DNA of 64,000 bases. It comes from Octopus vulgaris (lineage: Eukaryota). The stretch covers positions 46,934,001 through 46,998,000 of the forward strand of contig OX597815.1 in NCBI GenBank assembly GCA_951406725.2, written 5' to 3'. Below, piece after piece: positions 1 through 13,500 of this stretch (positions within the stretch are counted from its first letter, which is position 1; the number at the start of each line of letters is the position of its first letter). The position numbers and the translations under genes were made by a program. The notes beneath the pieces were generated by a model, which ran no database searches, had not been told where the DNA came from, and saw nothing but the letters and a program-made list of their open reading frames with translations.

Positions 1-24
1 GCTCGCCGCCTAATAATAAGGATG

Positions 25-839
25 ATTTAATTTATTTTCCACAAGGGTAAAGAATAAGGGGGACAACACAAAGATAGACATAAAGCGTGAGAGTTTACAT
101 ATAATGAAATTATTTAAAAAATGAGTAAGTATACATGGTATACACTGAAAAAGAAGAGACATATGCATAGCATACAAACGATAAAAAATGTGGCGTGGAG
201 GATGATAGAGATGTGACTTTTCTGATACAAGACGGCCTCAGGGATAATCCAGGAACCCCACTATCCAAGATTTCCCTGAAACCCGAAGAGCTAGTGCCCT
301 CTCCAATTCCTTCTCTCCGACTCACAGGTGTACATTTAGAGAGGTAGTACCATCCATTCATGCCCTTTTCGCAACTTACACCCACCTTTCAATAAACTCA
401 CGGAGGACAGCACATCCCTCTCCACTCTCAATTTCCTTTTCAAGTGTAACTTGTAGAAGTCAATGAGAGCTCTACTAAACAGGAAGGTATCTGTCCTCAA
501 GCCTTTCAACCTTGTCCAGCAAACAACCTCTTTCCCCACAGCCACTAGGCAAAGAGAACTGCTTTGCCTGCTCGAGGGTGGCGAGGCGATCATCACTACT
601 GACTCGGCCAATAGAGAGATCCGTTCCACACGTTACAGTAGCTGTTCGATATATCCACACAAACCAACAATGCTCAGACACTGAACGAGGGCCTGCAGAA
701 CGGTTTCGTCATTCTGCGCGCACCTCGGAGAAGTCCGTCTAACAGAACATCCGTGCATGTAGAGTTTATCTCGAACCGGTAGCGCTCCCCGGTAGCACTG
801 CCAGGCCAATGATATCTGAAAATTACCCTTTCCCAACCA
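25..839 (-). mobile_element. 5'-truncated L1/Tx1-type LINE 3' end (ORF2 C-terminus with zf-RVT-like region, 3' UTR)
   Basis: Minus ORFs 633..836 (SLAWQCYRGALPVRDKL...SPRCAQNDETVLQALVQC) and 336..629 (KEVVCWTR...LKRKLRVER) resemble the L1/Tx1 ORF2 C-terminus (LPVRD, CxxC..ETxxHxxxxC, degenerate, frameshifted); pyrimidine-rich 3' UTR ending CCCTTGTGGAAAATAAA. Confidence 0.75.
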
Positions 840-1054
840 TCCTTTCTACTATAGGTACAAGGCCTGGATTTTTGTGGGAAGCAGGACAATTGATCACTTC
901 GATCCCAGTACTTGATTCGTATTTCATTTATCGACCCCGAAAGGAAGAAAGGCAAAGTTGACTTCGGCGGAATTTGAACTCAGAACGTAGCAACAGACGA
1001 AATACCGCAAAGCATTTCGTCCGGCGTACTAACGATTCTACCAGCTCGTCGCCT

Positions 1055-1055
<1 letters not shown>
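840..1055 (-). mobile_element. tRNA-derived SINE family A copy
   Basis: Reverse complement of the family A consensus GGCGGCGAGCTGGCAGAATCGTTAG...GAGTTCAAATTCC (B box)...GACTTTGCCTTTCATCCTTTCGGGGTCGAT...; many copies in window. Central domain resembles the Meta SINE domain (from recall, unverified). Confidence 0.85.
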
Positions 1056-1722
<667 letters not shown>

Positions 1723-1730
1723 TATAATAA

Positions 1731-2268
1731 ATGCTCTGATGCAGTACCAGGCAGTGGTTCTCATGGCTTTTGATCTTAACCGATTGGAAGTGTCATCATG
1801 TATATTGTTTATCTTGGTATAAAAGATGGGCTACAGCAAATATTCTGATCAATACCACAGATTTGCTTGCCGTTGTTTGACCATAACCAGTTGAGCATGT
1901 CTGTTAGTGGCTGACGATATGTGCATCTCTGATCACGAGTAGAAGTAGTTGGGGAGCATCATAGCCATGTTCTGTGAGGGATTCTTTGGGGTTTTAATAA
2001 TTCACCCTTGCAAACATGAGTGTTTCGTTCGACATCCTTAAACAACCCTTATTCAGGAACCCTTTGAGCAGGATGGGCTACTCGACCCGAAGAGAATTCT
2101 AACTGGGCCCCACCTGCAAGGTCATGTGCTGTTTATCTTGATATGAAATCATGTCGCGCACATATGACTGTGATGCATGTGCCTGGTGCACCCTTATCAG
2201 ATGGGTATACTGGACTTCGTATATTTTACCCCAGTGTCATTTTGATGGCATGCGCTGCTCTCTCACTC
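1731..2268. mobile_element. Non-coding ~540-bp complex insert between (TAA)n tracts; probable interspersed repeat
   Basis: Sharp borders with (TAA)n on both sides; no recognisable ORF; single copy in this window. Confidence 0.4.
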
Positions 2269-2330
<62 letters not shown>

Positions 2331-2331
<1 letters not shown>

Positions 2332-2545
2332 CCCTTCTATTATAAGCACTAGGCCTGAAATTTGGTGGGAGGTGACTAGTTGATTATATTGACCCCAGTG
2401 TTTCACTAATACTTAATTTGTTGAGCCTGAGAAGATGAAAGGCAAAGTCGACCTCGGTGGAATTTGAACACAGAACGTAAAGATGGATGAAATGTCGCTA
2501 AGCGTTTTGCCCGGTATACAGACGGTTTTGCCATCTCGCTTCCTT
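2331..2545 (-). mobile_element. SINE family A copy
   Basis: Reverse complement of family A (GATGAAAGGCAAAGTCGACCTCGGTGGAATTTGAAC). Confidence 0.85.
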
Positions 2546-2694
2546 AATAGATAACGTAATATATGTCAAGCCATAAATTCTATTCTTATTTTTAAGCGAT
2601 TCACAGAAATATGGCACTCGACCCACACAGGGTTACTCTGCTTACGTATTTAAATGCATGCATACATGCGCACACATCCATAAATACATACATG

Positions 2695-2742
<48 letters not shown>

Positions 2743-2764
2743 AATACATAGATACATTTTCTGT

Positions 2765-3019
2765 TATCTTTTATTCCTTTCAGTCATTGGAATGCGGCCA
2801 TGTTGGGGCACTACCTCGAAGGATTTCGTCGAACAAATCGACTGCAATATTTATTTTTAAAGTCTAGTGCTTATTCTATCGGTCTTTTTCGCCTAACCGT
2901 TAGTTTACGGGGATTTAAACAAACCAAAACCGGCCATCAAGTGGTGGTAGGGTTAAACACAAAGACACACATACATACATACATACATTCATACATACAT
3001 ACATACATACATACATACA

Positions 3020-3053
<34 letters not shown>

Positions 3054-3595
3054 CATACATACATACATACATACATACATGCATATGCTGCATTATTCAG
3101 AAATCTGTAGTTACTCTGTCCAGATTACAAATTCAGGTTTATACCTGTTATTATTGGAACATTAGGATATGTAGCACACTGCCTAAATACCAATCTTGAG
3201 AAATTAGGCTTCTCAAAGCCAGAAAGGAGAAAGCTGATTCGAAGACCACAGATCCAAGCCATCACTGAAACTGTGAAAAATCTGTAAAACTTTCCAGAAG
3301 TTTATCATTTAAGTATATATGAGCATGCCTAGATATGCAACTATATGCATGAGAATACATACATAAAAGAAAACATACAAATCGACATACATACATACAT
3401 ACATACATACATACATGCATACATACGACTTACTCTGTTTCCTTCTACCACCTTCACTTACATGATAATAATAGTTGGTCGAGTCAGGGGTTTTAGTAGA
3501 AGACACTTGCACAAGGTACCGTGCAGTGGGTTGAACTCCAAAACTATGTGGTTGCAAAATGAGCTTGTTAACCACACTGCCATACCTGCACCTGT
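2765..3595 (-). mobile_element. tRNA-derived SINE family B (head - central microsatellite - tail), interrupted
   Basis: Tail rc at ~2765-2970, head rc at ~3430-3595 (GAAGACACTTGCACAAGGTACC), with (TACA)n and extra sequence between. Confidence 0.7.
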
Positions 3596-5225
3596 ACATG
3601 TATGTGTGCGTGTGTGTGTGTGTGTGTGTCTGTGTGTGCATAAAATGTGGCATGCAATCATCCGAAATTGTTATTTACAACGTACTTGTTTACTTTTCAC
3701 TCGGGGACTTGATATAACCACAATACTTCACTTCCTGTCCACTACCTTCCTTTTTTTTTTCACCATCCTTGCTATGAATCTCTAAAATATGTCCATTTAT
3801 TCACAACAGAAGCATATAAGCAACAACAACAACAACAACAACAACATCAGCAAAAAAAACAAAACAAGCAAAACAAAAAAGCAAAAACAAAACAAAAAAC
3901 TGTAGCAACAACAACAGCAGCAACTAGAAACTTGTTTTGAGAGATTTAAAAAAATGTAAAAATATACAACGCACCTTGCTTAGCTGCACAAAACAAAGGT
4001 AGCCAATATTGTGGCGCCATCTGCCGATAGATTCCATGAGTTTTCTAGTCTTCATCTCTCGTGCAATTAGAATTCATCATCATCATCATCGTCATAAATA
4101 TTATTTTTTAAGATTTCCTTTTTTGTTTTCAGTTCGCTGGATTATTGTTGTTATAGTTTTTTTTTCCTTCTTCATACTTTTATTCATTGATTGATTGATC
4201 AATTCGTTCATTCATTCTTTGATATTTTCATTCATTCATTCGTTCGTTCGTATTTTCCTTTTATTCATTGCACTTCTAGTATTTTATATAACTAGCGCGT
4301 TTCGTTTAGTTTTGTCTTGTTTATTAAAAATCTCGGGAATATTATGCTGCTGCATTTTCTTTTTAGCTTCCTTCGTGTGTTTAATCTATCTTTCCTATTT
4401 TGACGGCAGATCAAAAGATCACATAATAATCCCCCTCCTCCTCCTCCTTTCTATTCCCTACAATTTCAATACTACACCATACGTTAAACTAACAGTATTA
4501 ACACCTCTCATGACAAAACTGTGTCGTTTGACAAAGCAAAACGAAAAGCAATACGCAAAAAAAAAAGAACAACCAAAAACAACATATACAAGCAAATAAA
4601 TAAATAACGCTTGAATGCAAACAAAACCAAAAATACAAAATAAAAAATAGACTGAAATAAAATAATAAATATATACAAAACAAATATGGGAAATAAAAGA
4701 GCTATTACAACAGCTATGTTCAATAACCAATAGATCTTGAAGCATTATTGAACGTTACAATTTATGGTGGACGAATATCAATTCGCTATGTCATAGCAAC
4801 GAGAAATGGCAATCAGACAGAAGAATTGACAAGGCAAAGAACTAGAACCACTTTGAAAGATGGCATCATAACCTTATGGAATACTGGAGAAAGCAACATT
4901 TTTCTTTGTATTCTATGACGCCAAAGAGCGAAGATAAAATAAAGGTATAAGAAGCAGCTAAGAACGGGGAAAAAAGCATAGACAATAGAAAAAAATATAG
5001 TAAATAGTAAAGAACGTAAATAGAGAATAAAGAAATGTAGCAATTATATATAGTTTTCGAACTTGGTATTTTATTCACATAATTACTAATAGAGCAACAA
5101 TCACATATATACAGAAACGTACGCAGACACACGAACATGGATATATAGATGTGTACATACAGGTGCTAAATATATATGTATATATAGATAAGAATACACC
5201 CTCTCATATATATGTGTGCTTGTGC

Positions 5226-5275
<50 letters not shown>

Positions 5276-6190
5276 CTTGATAGATAGATAGATAAATAGG
5301 TACGTCTAATTACTCACACATATATACATATATACAACATAGTGTGAGGGAGAGAGAGGAAAACAGATAGGAATATAGATAAATATATTAACTCCTGCTA
5401 TAAGTATTGATTATAAGTATGTGTGTATGTATGTATGTATGTATGTATGTATGTATATATATATACACACACACACATATATATGTAAGTATATATGGAG
5501 ATAGAGAGAGAGAGGTGGAGATAGAAAGAGATGGAGAGAGGGAGAGTATATACGTGTGTACGTATATATTTATGTGTGTTATTAGTTGCGTATAACCGGT
5601 ACTTCAAAGAGAGACTTACATAGCATTTTCTCTAGCTTTCTGTTGTTGGATATCAAATTGTTTTAGCTCTCGTGTTGCACCTTCCTTACTTGTTCCTTTT
5701 CTCTCCTACTTTGTTTAGTGAAAAAAATATGTATTTGCATCATTGATTGTTACTTTTTGTCTACACAAATCATATTCTGCTTCATATATTACAAATACAG
5801 CTATTTTGTAACCGGGCAACTCTAGAAGGATAAAATGCCCAAATTCGGCTCGCACGCGTCGCTGACCACGCCAGATGTGAACAACACAAAAGGTAAAAAA
5901 AAAAAAATTATTCTTTCACATAATGTTCATTGACTTTGAAGTATTTTGATAAAAAATATCAACTTCCTATATTCTCTTTATCTTTTACTATCTTTACCTT
6001 CTACGTGTTTTTGTCATTAGCCTACGGTCATGCTACAGCACTGCTATGAAAAATTTAGTCGAAAAAAATCGACGCCATTGCATAATATTAAGTCTGGTAT
6101 TTATAGATTTCTTTTGGCGAGGATGTAAACAAAGCAAAACCGGTTGTGAAGTAGCGTTGCGTACAGATACAACACAAGCAAACACACACA

Positions 6191-6257
<67 letters not shown>

Positions 6258-6267
6258 GTATGTGTGT

Positions 6268-7103
6268 GTTTCATAGGTAAATTGTCGCCATTTTATATAT
6301 TTAATTTCGCGCATTGTTTTTGATTTTGTCGACTACACAGTATCGTTGGGTCAGTTGGGCACCGTCTGTGAGAAAAACAGCACCATGATGCAATTCACAG
6401 CCAGAAATTTGAAAACGACATGCTGTACTACTTGGTATTAGCGCCGGAAGCTCCAACACAAACAGATGGTGAACACACAGAACAACCGTTGGTTTGCCGT
6501 GTCCCCAAAACATGTGCCGAGAGAGATGAAAATCAACCATCCAGCCAACGTCATGGTGTTTTGGAGTGACCACTAGTGATGGCGAGGTTATGCATCCATT
6601 CATCTTCCCACACAGCCTCAGACTCAACTCAAGTGCCTGGAGGTGGTAGTGCTTCCTGTATCAAGAGGGTGGCTGCTGGAAGACCCTATGTCTGGCAACA
6701 GGACTCTGCACCATGCCACACGAACAGGAGAACCCTGTCATTGGTGTCAGACAATTTCTGGCCACCTATCTCTCCAGACTACAACACCCTTGATTATTAT
6801 GTGTGGGGTGCAGTTGAGCAAGAGACCAACAAAACTCCTTGTTACACCTAAGATGAACTGAAGGCAAGGATTATGGCAGCATTCACCAACTTAAACAAGG
6901 AGAACGTCCAGAAGAGTTGCAGGAGATTCGGAAGTTGCCTGGAGGCTGTGGTTGAAGCCAATGGCGATTTTATTGTATAAATTCACTCTTTAGGATTTCA
7001 AGATATTTTAATGTAATTTTGGTAAAAACATCTGTTAAAATGAGATGTTAGGGTTATTTTCATTTTTGCGTAATTTAGATGGCAATTTATTCGCCGCACC
7101 GTG
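6268..7103 (+). mobile_element. Internally deleted maT (DD37D-type) Tc1/mariner-superfamily element
   Basis: Imperfect TIRs GGTAAATTGTCGCCAT (6276) / GGCAATTTATTCGCCGCACCGTG-TA (to 7105); remnant peptide HPANVMVFGV..SDG..PFIFP, KRVAAGRPYVWQQDSAPCH, WPPISPDYNTLDYYVWG, RRFGSCLEAVVEANGDFI. Confidence 0.85.
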
Positions 7104-7161
<58 letters not shown>

Positions 7162-7331
7162 CATGTATATACATATATATATATACAAATATGTGTATAT
7201 ATATATATATTTACATATATACATACAGATGTGTGTGTGTGTATGTGTGTGTGTATTTATATACATATATATACATACAAATATGTGTGTATATATACAT
7301 ATACATATATACATACAGATATGTGTGTGTG

Positions 7332-7406
<75 letters not shown>

Positions 7407-7452
7407 TATATATATATATATATTTATATACATATATATATATATATATATT

Positions 7453-7507
<55 letters not shown>
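7104..7507. repeat. Compound (TA)n/(TG)n microsatellite
   Basis: Direct read; similar compound tracts at 33817-34060, 39440-40120, 43418-43630, 55605-56065 and many others. Confidence 0.95.
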
Positions 7508-7510
<3 letters not shown>

Positions 7511-8045
7511 ACTTAATCCAAATCAATCATAAGTTTAACTCCTATCTGAACATACGCAAATATTTTGTATATATGTACACAAACACAGTATTAATTAAAA
7601 GATTAAATTCTAACAAAGCCGCATAAATCATAACAGCTAACTGTATAAATGCTTCGATGGATGATTAAATAATAACGCATTGTTCTCTATATCTTACTGT
7701 TTGATCACAATTTAACACCGAACCATTAATCATTTATATTGAATTCAATCTGTCACCATATCTTTTCCATATGTTCCTATTCGGTTATAATAGTTGGCAT
7801 AATTACAGTTTTACATTTCGTCGCTCACCCACGCAAACAAGAACCGTCACTTTACTTGAACATTTGTTACTCTGAAAGCATAAGTTAATCTTTCAACTTG
7901 CTGCAACATTGAAAAATGTTTACAAAAATACCCACTTCTTATATTATTAAATGTACGAACAACTGAAGAATAAGAATGAGTCAACGTTAAATTGAAGGCG
8001 ACATTATCGGGTAAATATTTGTGAAACTTGCACAAATATACAATT

Positions 8046-8097
<52 letters not shown>

Positions 8098-8664
8098 GCG
8101 CACACACACGCACACAAACAAACAAACACATACGTAAGTGGAAATAACATGGAGTACTGGTGAAATGTCACCAAATAATAATTAAGTCTAACGTGATCCG
8201 ATCTGTAGACAAAATTCAATTTCGCAGATTTTGCCTTACTATAAAACATTGTGTGTGTATGTGTGTGTGTGTGTGTTGTCTCCATATCTGTGGTATATAT
8301 GTGTGTGTATGTGTCTGTATATATGTAGTATATGTTTTTCTTTGTAATTGTGTGTGTGCATTACAACGCATTGATGGTGAGAATTTCTATATTCCACAAT
8401 CTTCTCGCCCGTTTATTTATGTCTCACTTGAGGATTATAAGTCTTTGACTGTTAAATGTTGAGAAATTTCCCACAGGATTTTGATCACCAGGCCCATTGA
8501 GAAATTGATGAATGTCTTCAGTTTATTTCTTTAATACTTTTGTCTCAACAGATTTTGGGAGGCATAAATCCTTTCTTCTAAAGCAACTTTTCTCAACCAT
8601 TTTTTACCTATGGACCCCTTTGATCCCTATTTTACTCTACTGGACCCTCCTAGCCATTCAATGT

Positions 8665-8995
8665 TGTCCCACTGCGTGGCACCTTGGGCAAGTGTCTTCT
8701 TCTATAACCTCGGACCGACCAAAGCCTTGTGAATGGATCTGGTAGACGGAAACTGAAAAAGCCTGTCGTATATATATATATATGTATATATATAATGTAT
8801 ATGTTTGTGTATCTGTATTTGTCCCCCCACCATCGCTTGACAACCGATGTTGGTGTGTTTACTTAGCAGTTTGGTAAAATTGACCGATAGAATAAGTACT
8901 AGGCTTACAAAGACTAAGTTCTGGGGTCAACTTGTCCGACTAAAGGCAGTGCTCCAGCATGGCTGCAGTCAATTGACTGAAACTAATAAAAGAAT
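8665..8995 (+). mobile_element. SINE family B copy (5'-truncated)
   Basis: CCCACTGCGTGGCACCTTGGGCAAGTGTCTTC...(TA)n...CATCGCTTGACAACCGATG...CCAGCATGGCTGCAGTC. Confidence 0.85.
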
Positions 8996-9052
8996 TATAT
9001 TAGAAAATTACTATTTTTAAATCTCACAACATGAGATATTCAACAACAGTAC

Positions 9053-9340
9053 TTTGGAGTAAAGAGTGTTTGCCAACATAACATGGCAGTCCTGGTTTAG
9101 GACGAATGTTGCTGTAATTTAGCCCCAGCAGACATCGTCTCCAGCTGGCTATAAGACACGGTCTGTGTCCTTATATCTTCGAACAAGGGGATCTAGATTG
9201 TTTCCCTTGTTCGAAAATATAAGGATACAGATCGTGTCGTATAGCCAGCTGGAGACGATGTCTCCTGGGGCTAAATTACAGCAGCATTCGTCCTAAACCT
9301 GGGCTGCCATGTTATGTTGGCAAATAACTTTTACTCCAAA
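9053..9340. mobile_element. Foldback (near-fully palindromic) MITE, ~290 bp
   Basis: Left arm TTTGGAGTAAA...TTCGAACAAGGG is the reverse complement of the right arm CCCTTGTTCGAA...TTTACTCCAAA, with a short central spacer. Confidence 0.85.
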
Positions 9341-10953
9341 ATAATTATATTTTTATAATTAAATATTAGGAATTGAAAGAAAAATCAAAATATTTTTTGT
9401 AGAATATAGGCAAATTATTGCAGATTAATTTGAACAACAAAATCTCAAGGGCCACATGGATCCCCATATGAGAACGACTGGTGTACATTGAGAACGACTG
9501 CTCTACTGTCTCCAAATTTCTTTGAATCCATTATAATATCCCCTCATGTTATTCTTGTCTGCAGCTCATTAACAGCGGACAGCAGGCTTTTTGTTGCCTC
9601 CATTTTGACGTCAGTATTCTTGTTTTTGACGGGAGTTTGAATGTATCTGTGTTAGCAGTCATGCTTCACTTAATGTTTTGCGGCTCAATCAGTATTTGGT
9701 AGCCTCAATTTCATTTTTTGTACCAGCAATTTTAAAATTTTAGTATTATTGGGGTTAAACCAATCATGGTATTTCTAGTCAGGTTCTTCAATAGCGGTTG
9801 AAACTTCGTCTTAACATGAAGATATAACGAATCATTCTCAGTCATAAGACCTTCCTGTACATCCAATTAGTCTTGTGGGAGTATTCCTCTTTTGTTCTTA
9901 CGACTAGTTGAAAGAAATTTTTTCTGTCTTGTTTGGCAAGCCTCTGTCAGATATATTTTTAGCGAATATCGACATTTAATAATGAGATCTTAGACCTTAA
10001 CAAGAAATAAACGGTACTTCCTTTTTGCAGCACAAACTACTTTGGGGATATGGATACACATTTTGTCCTGTTATTTGATTACAAAAATTAATAATACGTT
10101 TGTTTTTGGAATAAGAGTATATCCAAATTATAGTATTCCGATTTTCTGTTTGAACATATTTGTCACTATTTGCATTCATTACATACATGCTGTAGAGGCA
10201 TCCCGTTGGAGCTGTAGCCATCAACACTGCTTTCTTATAAACTACGGACTAGTCTATAAAGGTTTCCCTTATTCTGGCATTGCAGTTCTTCATTGATAGT
10301 AGTGTATCTATGAGAGGACTGTCGCATAATCTATGTGGTTTTTTGGCATAGAATATTTCCTTTCTTTTAATGGGGTTCTCATATTTGGAACATTCATAGT
10401 AATTATTGTAGAATTGAAATGTCTTGTCAATTCTATCTCATCGCTATTATTCTGTCGCTTACGCACCAAGACATTTCTATGATAATTAGCAGCATGTGCT
10501 TCCTTCTAACGAATCCAAGGCCCGATTCTCTGCGTTCAGAACGAAGTTCGCAACTCAGGAAGAAATTGTGTTGCATATCGTTGCGATTACTTGAGTCAGA
10601 AAATAGAGTTTTCGCAGAGGGCAGCTACACCACAACAGCAACTCTCTATCCCGCTTCATTATGATGGATTACGTGTTTCGGGATCTTTGCCACATCATGT
10701 TCAAGCCGTGTCCAGACATTCTCCGCAGGTTTTCCGACAGTCAAGAGAGGTTTATTCAAAGGTCATATTTTTATAGCGCGACTCAACATATGGTTATTAA
10801 ACATACTAGAAGAAAACAGTCTCGGGTGGCTGTCTGAAGGGATATTTATATATGTGTGTATGTGTGTGTGTGAGTGTGTGCGTGTGCGTGCGCGCGCGAT
10901 GGATGTGTGTATCAGAGATACAAACATGTGAATGCGTGGGATTATCTGAGTGT

Positions 10954-11796
10954 GTATGTATTTGAAATTAAAATGCAAATATGGAAGGATTTGCTATAAT
11001 CTAAAAATCTATTTTGTCTTAAGAGTTCATTAGGAGTAGGTTAAAAACCCGCACTCAGAGGGAGTTACATTAGATTGTATTAAAAGATTTTATTAAATAA
11101 ATTCAATTACCATAGCTGAAGTGTATTTCAAAGTGAGGAATTGGACGACTAGTTTTGTCTTAAAATTTACTTAGGTTGCATTATACATCATCTGTTCGTA
11201 AAAATGCGACATTTTCCATCGTGTCCTTCTTTAATTTAAGATGGTTGAGGATGAGTTATCAGTTTTGCTAAAACCGTCTGGCACTGGCCAATCTCTCTCT
11301 CTCTCTCTCTCCGTCTCTTTTTCTCGATCTGTCTCTTTTCCTTCAACTTTATCTCCCTCCTTCTATCTTACATATTGTATATCATAGCAATATACATAGT
11401 AATTCCAAAGCATGCTGTGTTGGCACGTTTCTTATTAAAATCCCGGCCATCAACTTTGCGCTGTTAGGTGAAAGAGTTTACACCAGTACTACATTTAATC
11501 ATGTTTCTCAAACGATGAAGTATTCTACATAACTTCTAAAGCTGAAGTGCAAGATCAGCAACACAAAAGTGAATTTTAAGACAAAACTAATCGTCCAATT
11601 CCTCACTTTGAAAGACACTACAAATAGGGTGAGTGAATTTATCAATTAAATCCATTAATACAAATTTATATAACTTAGAGCATAAATTTTTTTAACACAC
11701 TCCTAATGATTTCTTAAGACATAAAATATATTCTTAAATATATTCTTAGACTGCAGCAATTAATTTTCATATCTGTATTTTAAGTTCAATCATACT
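10954..11796. mobile_element. Non-autonomous element with long (~220 bp) diverged terminal inverted repeats
   Basis: 10954-11172 is the reverse complement of 11567-11796 (e.g. TTTCAAAGTGAGGAATTGGACGA.TAGTTTTGTCTTAAAATT); a third direct copy of part of the left arm is at ~12737-12853. Confidence 0.75.
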
Positions 11797-11906
11797 TTTG
11801 TAGTTTAGAATATTTTTTCTATCGAAAGAAAAGGAAATACTTTTAAATAATTATCACGCTTTTTCTCTTCACGTATTAATTAAATCACCATTATAATTAT
11901 CGAGTT

Positions 11907-12443
11907 AAGGCGGCGAGCTGGCAGAATCGTTAGCACGCCGGGCGAAATGCTGAGCGGTATTTCGTCTGCCGTTACATTCTGAGTTCAAATTCCGCCGAGG
12001 TCGACTTTGCCTTTCATCCTTTCGGGGTCGATGAATTAAGTACCAGTTACGCACTGGGGTCGATTTAATCAACTTAATCCGTTTGTCTGTCCTTGTTTGT
12101 CCCCTCTGTGTTTAACCCCTTGTGGGTAGTAAAGAAATAGGTATTTCGTTTGCCGTTACGTTCTGAGTTCAAATTCCGCCGAGGTGGACTTTGCCTTTCA
12201 TCCTTTCGGGGTCGATTAAATAAGTACCAGTTACGCACTGGGGTCGATGTAATCGACTTAATCTGTTTGTCTGTCCTTGTTTGTCCTCTCTGTGTTTAGC
12301 CCCTTGTGGGTAGTAAAGAAATAGGTATATCGTTTGTCGTTACGTTCTGAGTTCAACTACCACCGAGGTCGACTTTGCCTTTCACCCTTTCGGGGTCGAT
12401 AAAATTAAGTACCAGTTACGTACTTGTGCCTAGAGCAGAAAAG
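11907..12443 (+). mobile_element. Trimeric SINE family A insertion with 17-bp TSD
   Basis: ATTATAATTATCGAGTT at 11890-11906 and 12444-12460; one head followed by three bodies (period ~184 bp). Confidence 0.92.
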
Positions 12444-13179
12444 ATTATAATTATCGAGTTTCTTAAATAACAGAGAGTCGATATCTCAGTATATGTAAAT
12501 GTAATTCCTAAAATAAAATTTCTTCTTTGTATGTTAAGATGTTCTATACATAGCGTTCTATAAATAGTTAAACATTAATTGAATTTAACCATTAAAATTA
12601 TAATTAACTCTCATAAGTAAAAATAGCTGTACCGATTGCCCGGTTAGGGTCGTTCCTTTGACGAGTCTGGACAGTTATAAAGAAGCTGTTTTTTTTTTAA
12701 CTAGACATAGAATGAATTTTGAAAAAAATCTGAGAAAGTTCATTAGGAGTATGTTAAAAACCCGTACTCTGAGGGAGTGACATTAGATTGTATAAAAAAG
12801 ATTTTATTAAATATATTCATTTACCATTGCTGAAATGTATTTCAAAGTGAGGAAATCTAATTGAAAAAGTGTTGCCGAAGGTCATGGTTGCATCTTAATA
12901 CAAAGAAATGGACACAGTTGTTTGGAACGTTGAGTTGTTCTTTTAGAGATGGTAGAAAACATAGAGAAAGGAAGCGATACCATATTGGTCAATATCTTAT
13001 CCACTAATACTGAATATCTGATTGTAATTTGAGCTAAATGAAAAGTTCGTGATACAATATCCAATTTCTAAAATGTTTAGTTTTTTTTATATTTATTTTA
13101 TATTTGCAGGTGAAATAAACTTTAGAATTGTTTTGCGCCACTAGAAACTGCATGAGCTATTCGGAAGTGTTGTAAGTTC

Positions 13180-13500
13180 TTCTGAATCTATTGCCATGTT
13201 GGATACATTCTGTATCATCAGCAGATATTTAAAGGTCACAAGGATTTGAAATCTTAGCCTGTAGGCTTCACCTGAGTGAGGTAGCGAGGACTGAGTTAGT
13301 CTTCACCTGAAAAAAGGTTCCAGCTGCTGTCACTTAACCACAGCTCATCGAGTTGGTTTCAGCTGCCATACCTATTTCTTTGATGGTTTTCTTCAGCTGT
13401 CTGCGTCCCAGGCTTATCTTATGCAGGAAACAGCGTACAGATCCAACCAGAAAAGCGGGGCGGCTAATTTCAATCATCAGGAATGAGACCGCATGCCATT
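13180..13500 (-). mobile_element. HERO-like (RLE-type) non-LTR retrotransposon 3' remnant
   Basis: rc reads WHAVSFLMIEISRPAFLVGSVRCFLHKISLGRRQLKKTIKEIGMAAETNS/..LWL, like the RLE C-terminus W..PVEVGCRGF...AAE..S.WLW; adjacent 13505-13560 rc reads KTFVRSKLEYSAVI*NP (CR1/L2-like). Confidence 0.55.

Larger units (their letters stand above)
8584..9500. mobile_element. hAT-like MITE, interrupted by a family B SINE and a foldback element
   Basis: Ends CAACTTTTCTCAACC / TGAGAACGACTG (the latter duplicated, ending 9480 and 9500); left ~80 bp homologous to 45999-46080 (CAGTGGTTCT...CCTATGG.CCC.TTTGAT.CC..TTTTACTCTACTGG). Confidence 0.6.

Noticed and set aside
4727-4918. ATG-less open frame PIDLEALLNVTIYGGRISIRY...FLCIL*
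   Set aside because: No start codon, no good acceptor and no recognisable homology; the length is expected by chance.
7045-7626. Long ORFs such as 7045..7626, 46209..46859, 51379..52131 and 55525..56157 as genes
   Set aside because: They are translations of (TA)n/(CA)n/(TACA)n microsatellites (YI, HT, CV repeats) or SINEs, with no protein motifs.
9997-10227. Pif1/Helitron helicase fragment suggested by LMATAPTG
   Set aside because: Single short motif with no other helicase motifs nearby.
10666-10702. Minus-strand hammerhead (ATGATGT GG...CCC GAAA CACG TA)
   Set aside because: Two core mismatches, weak helix II and no convincing helix I.
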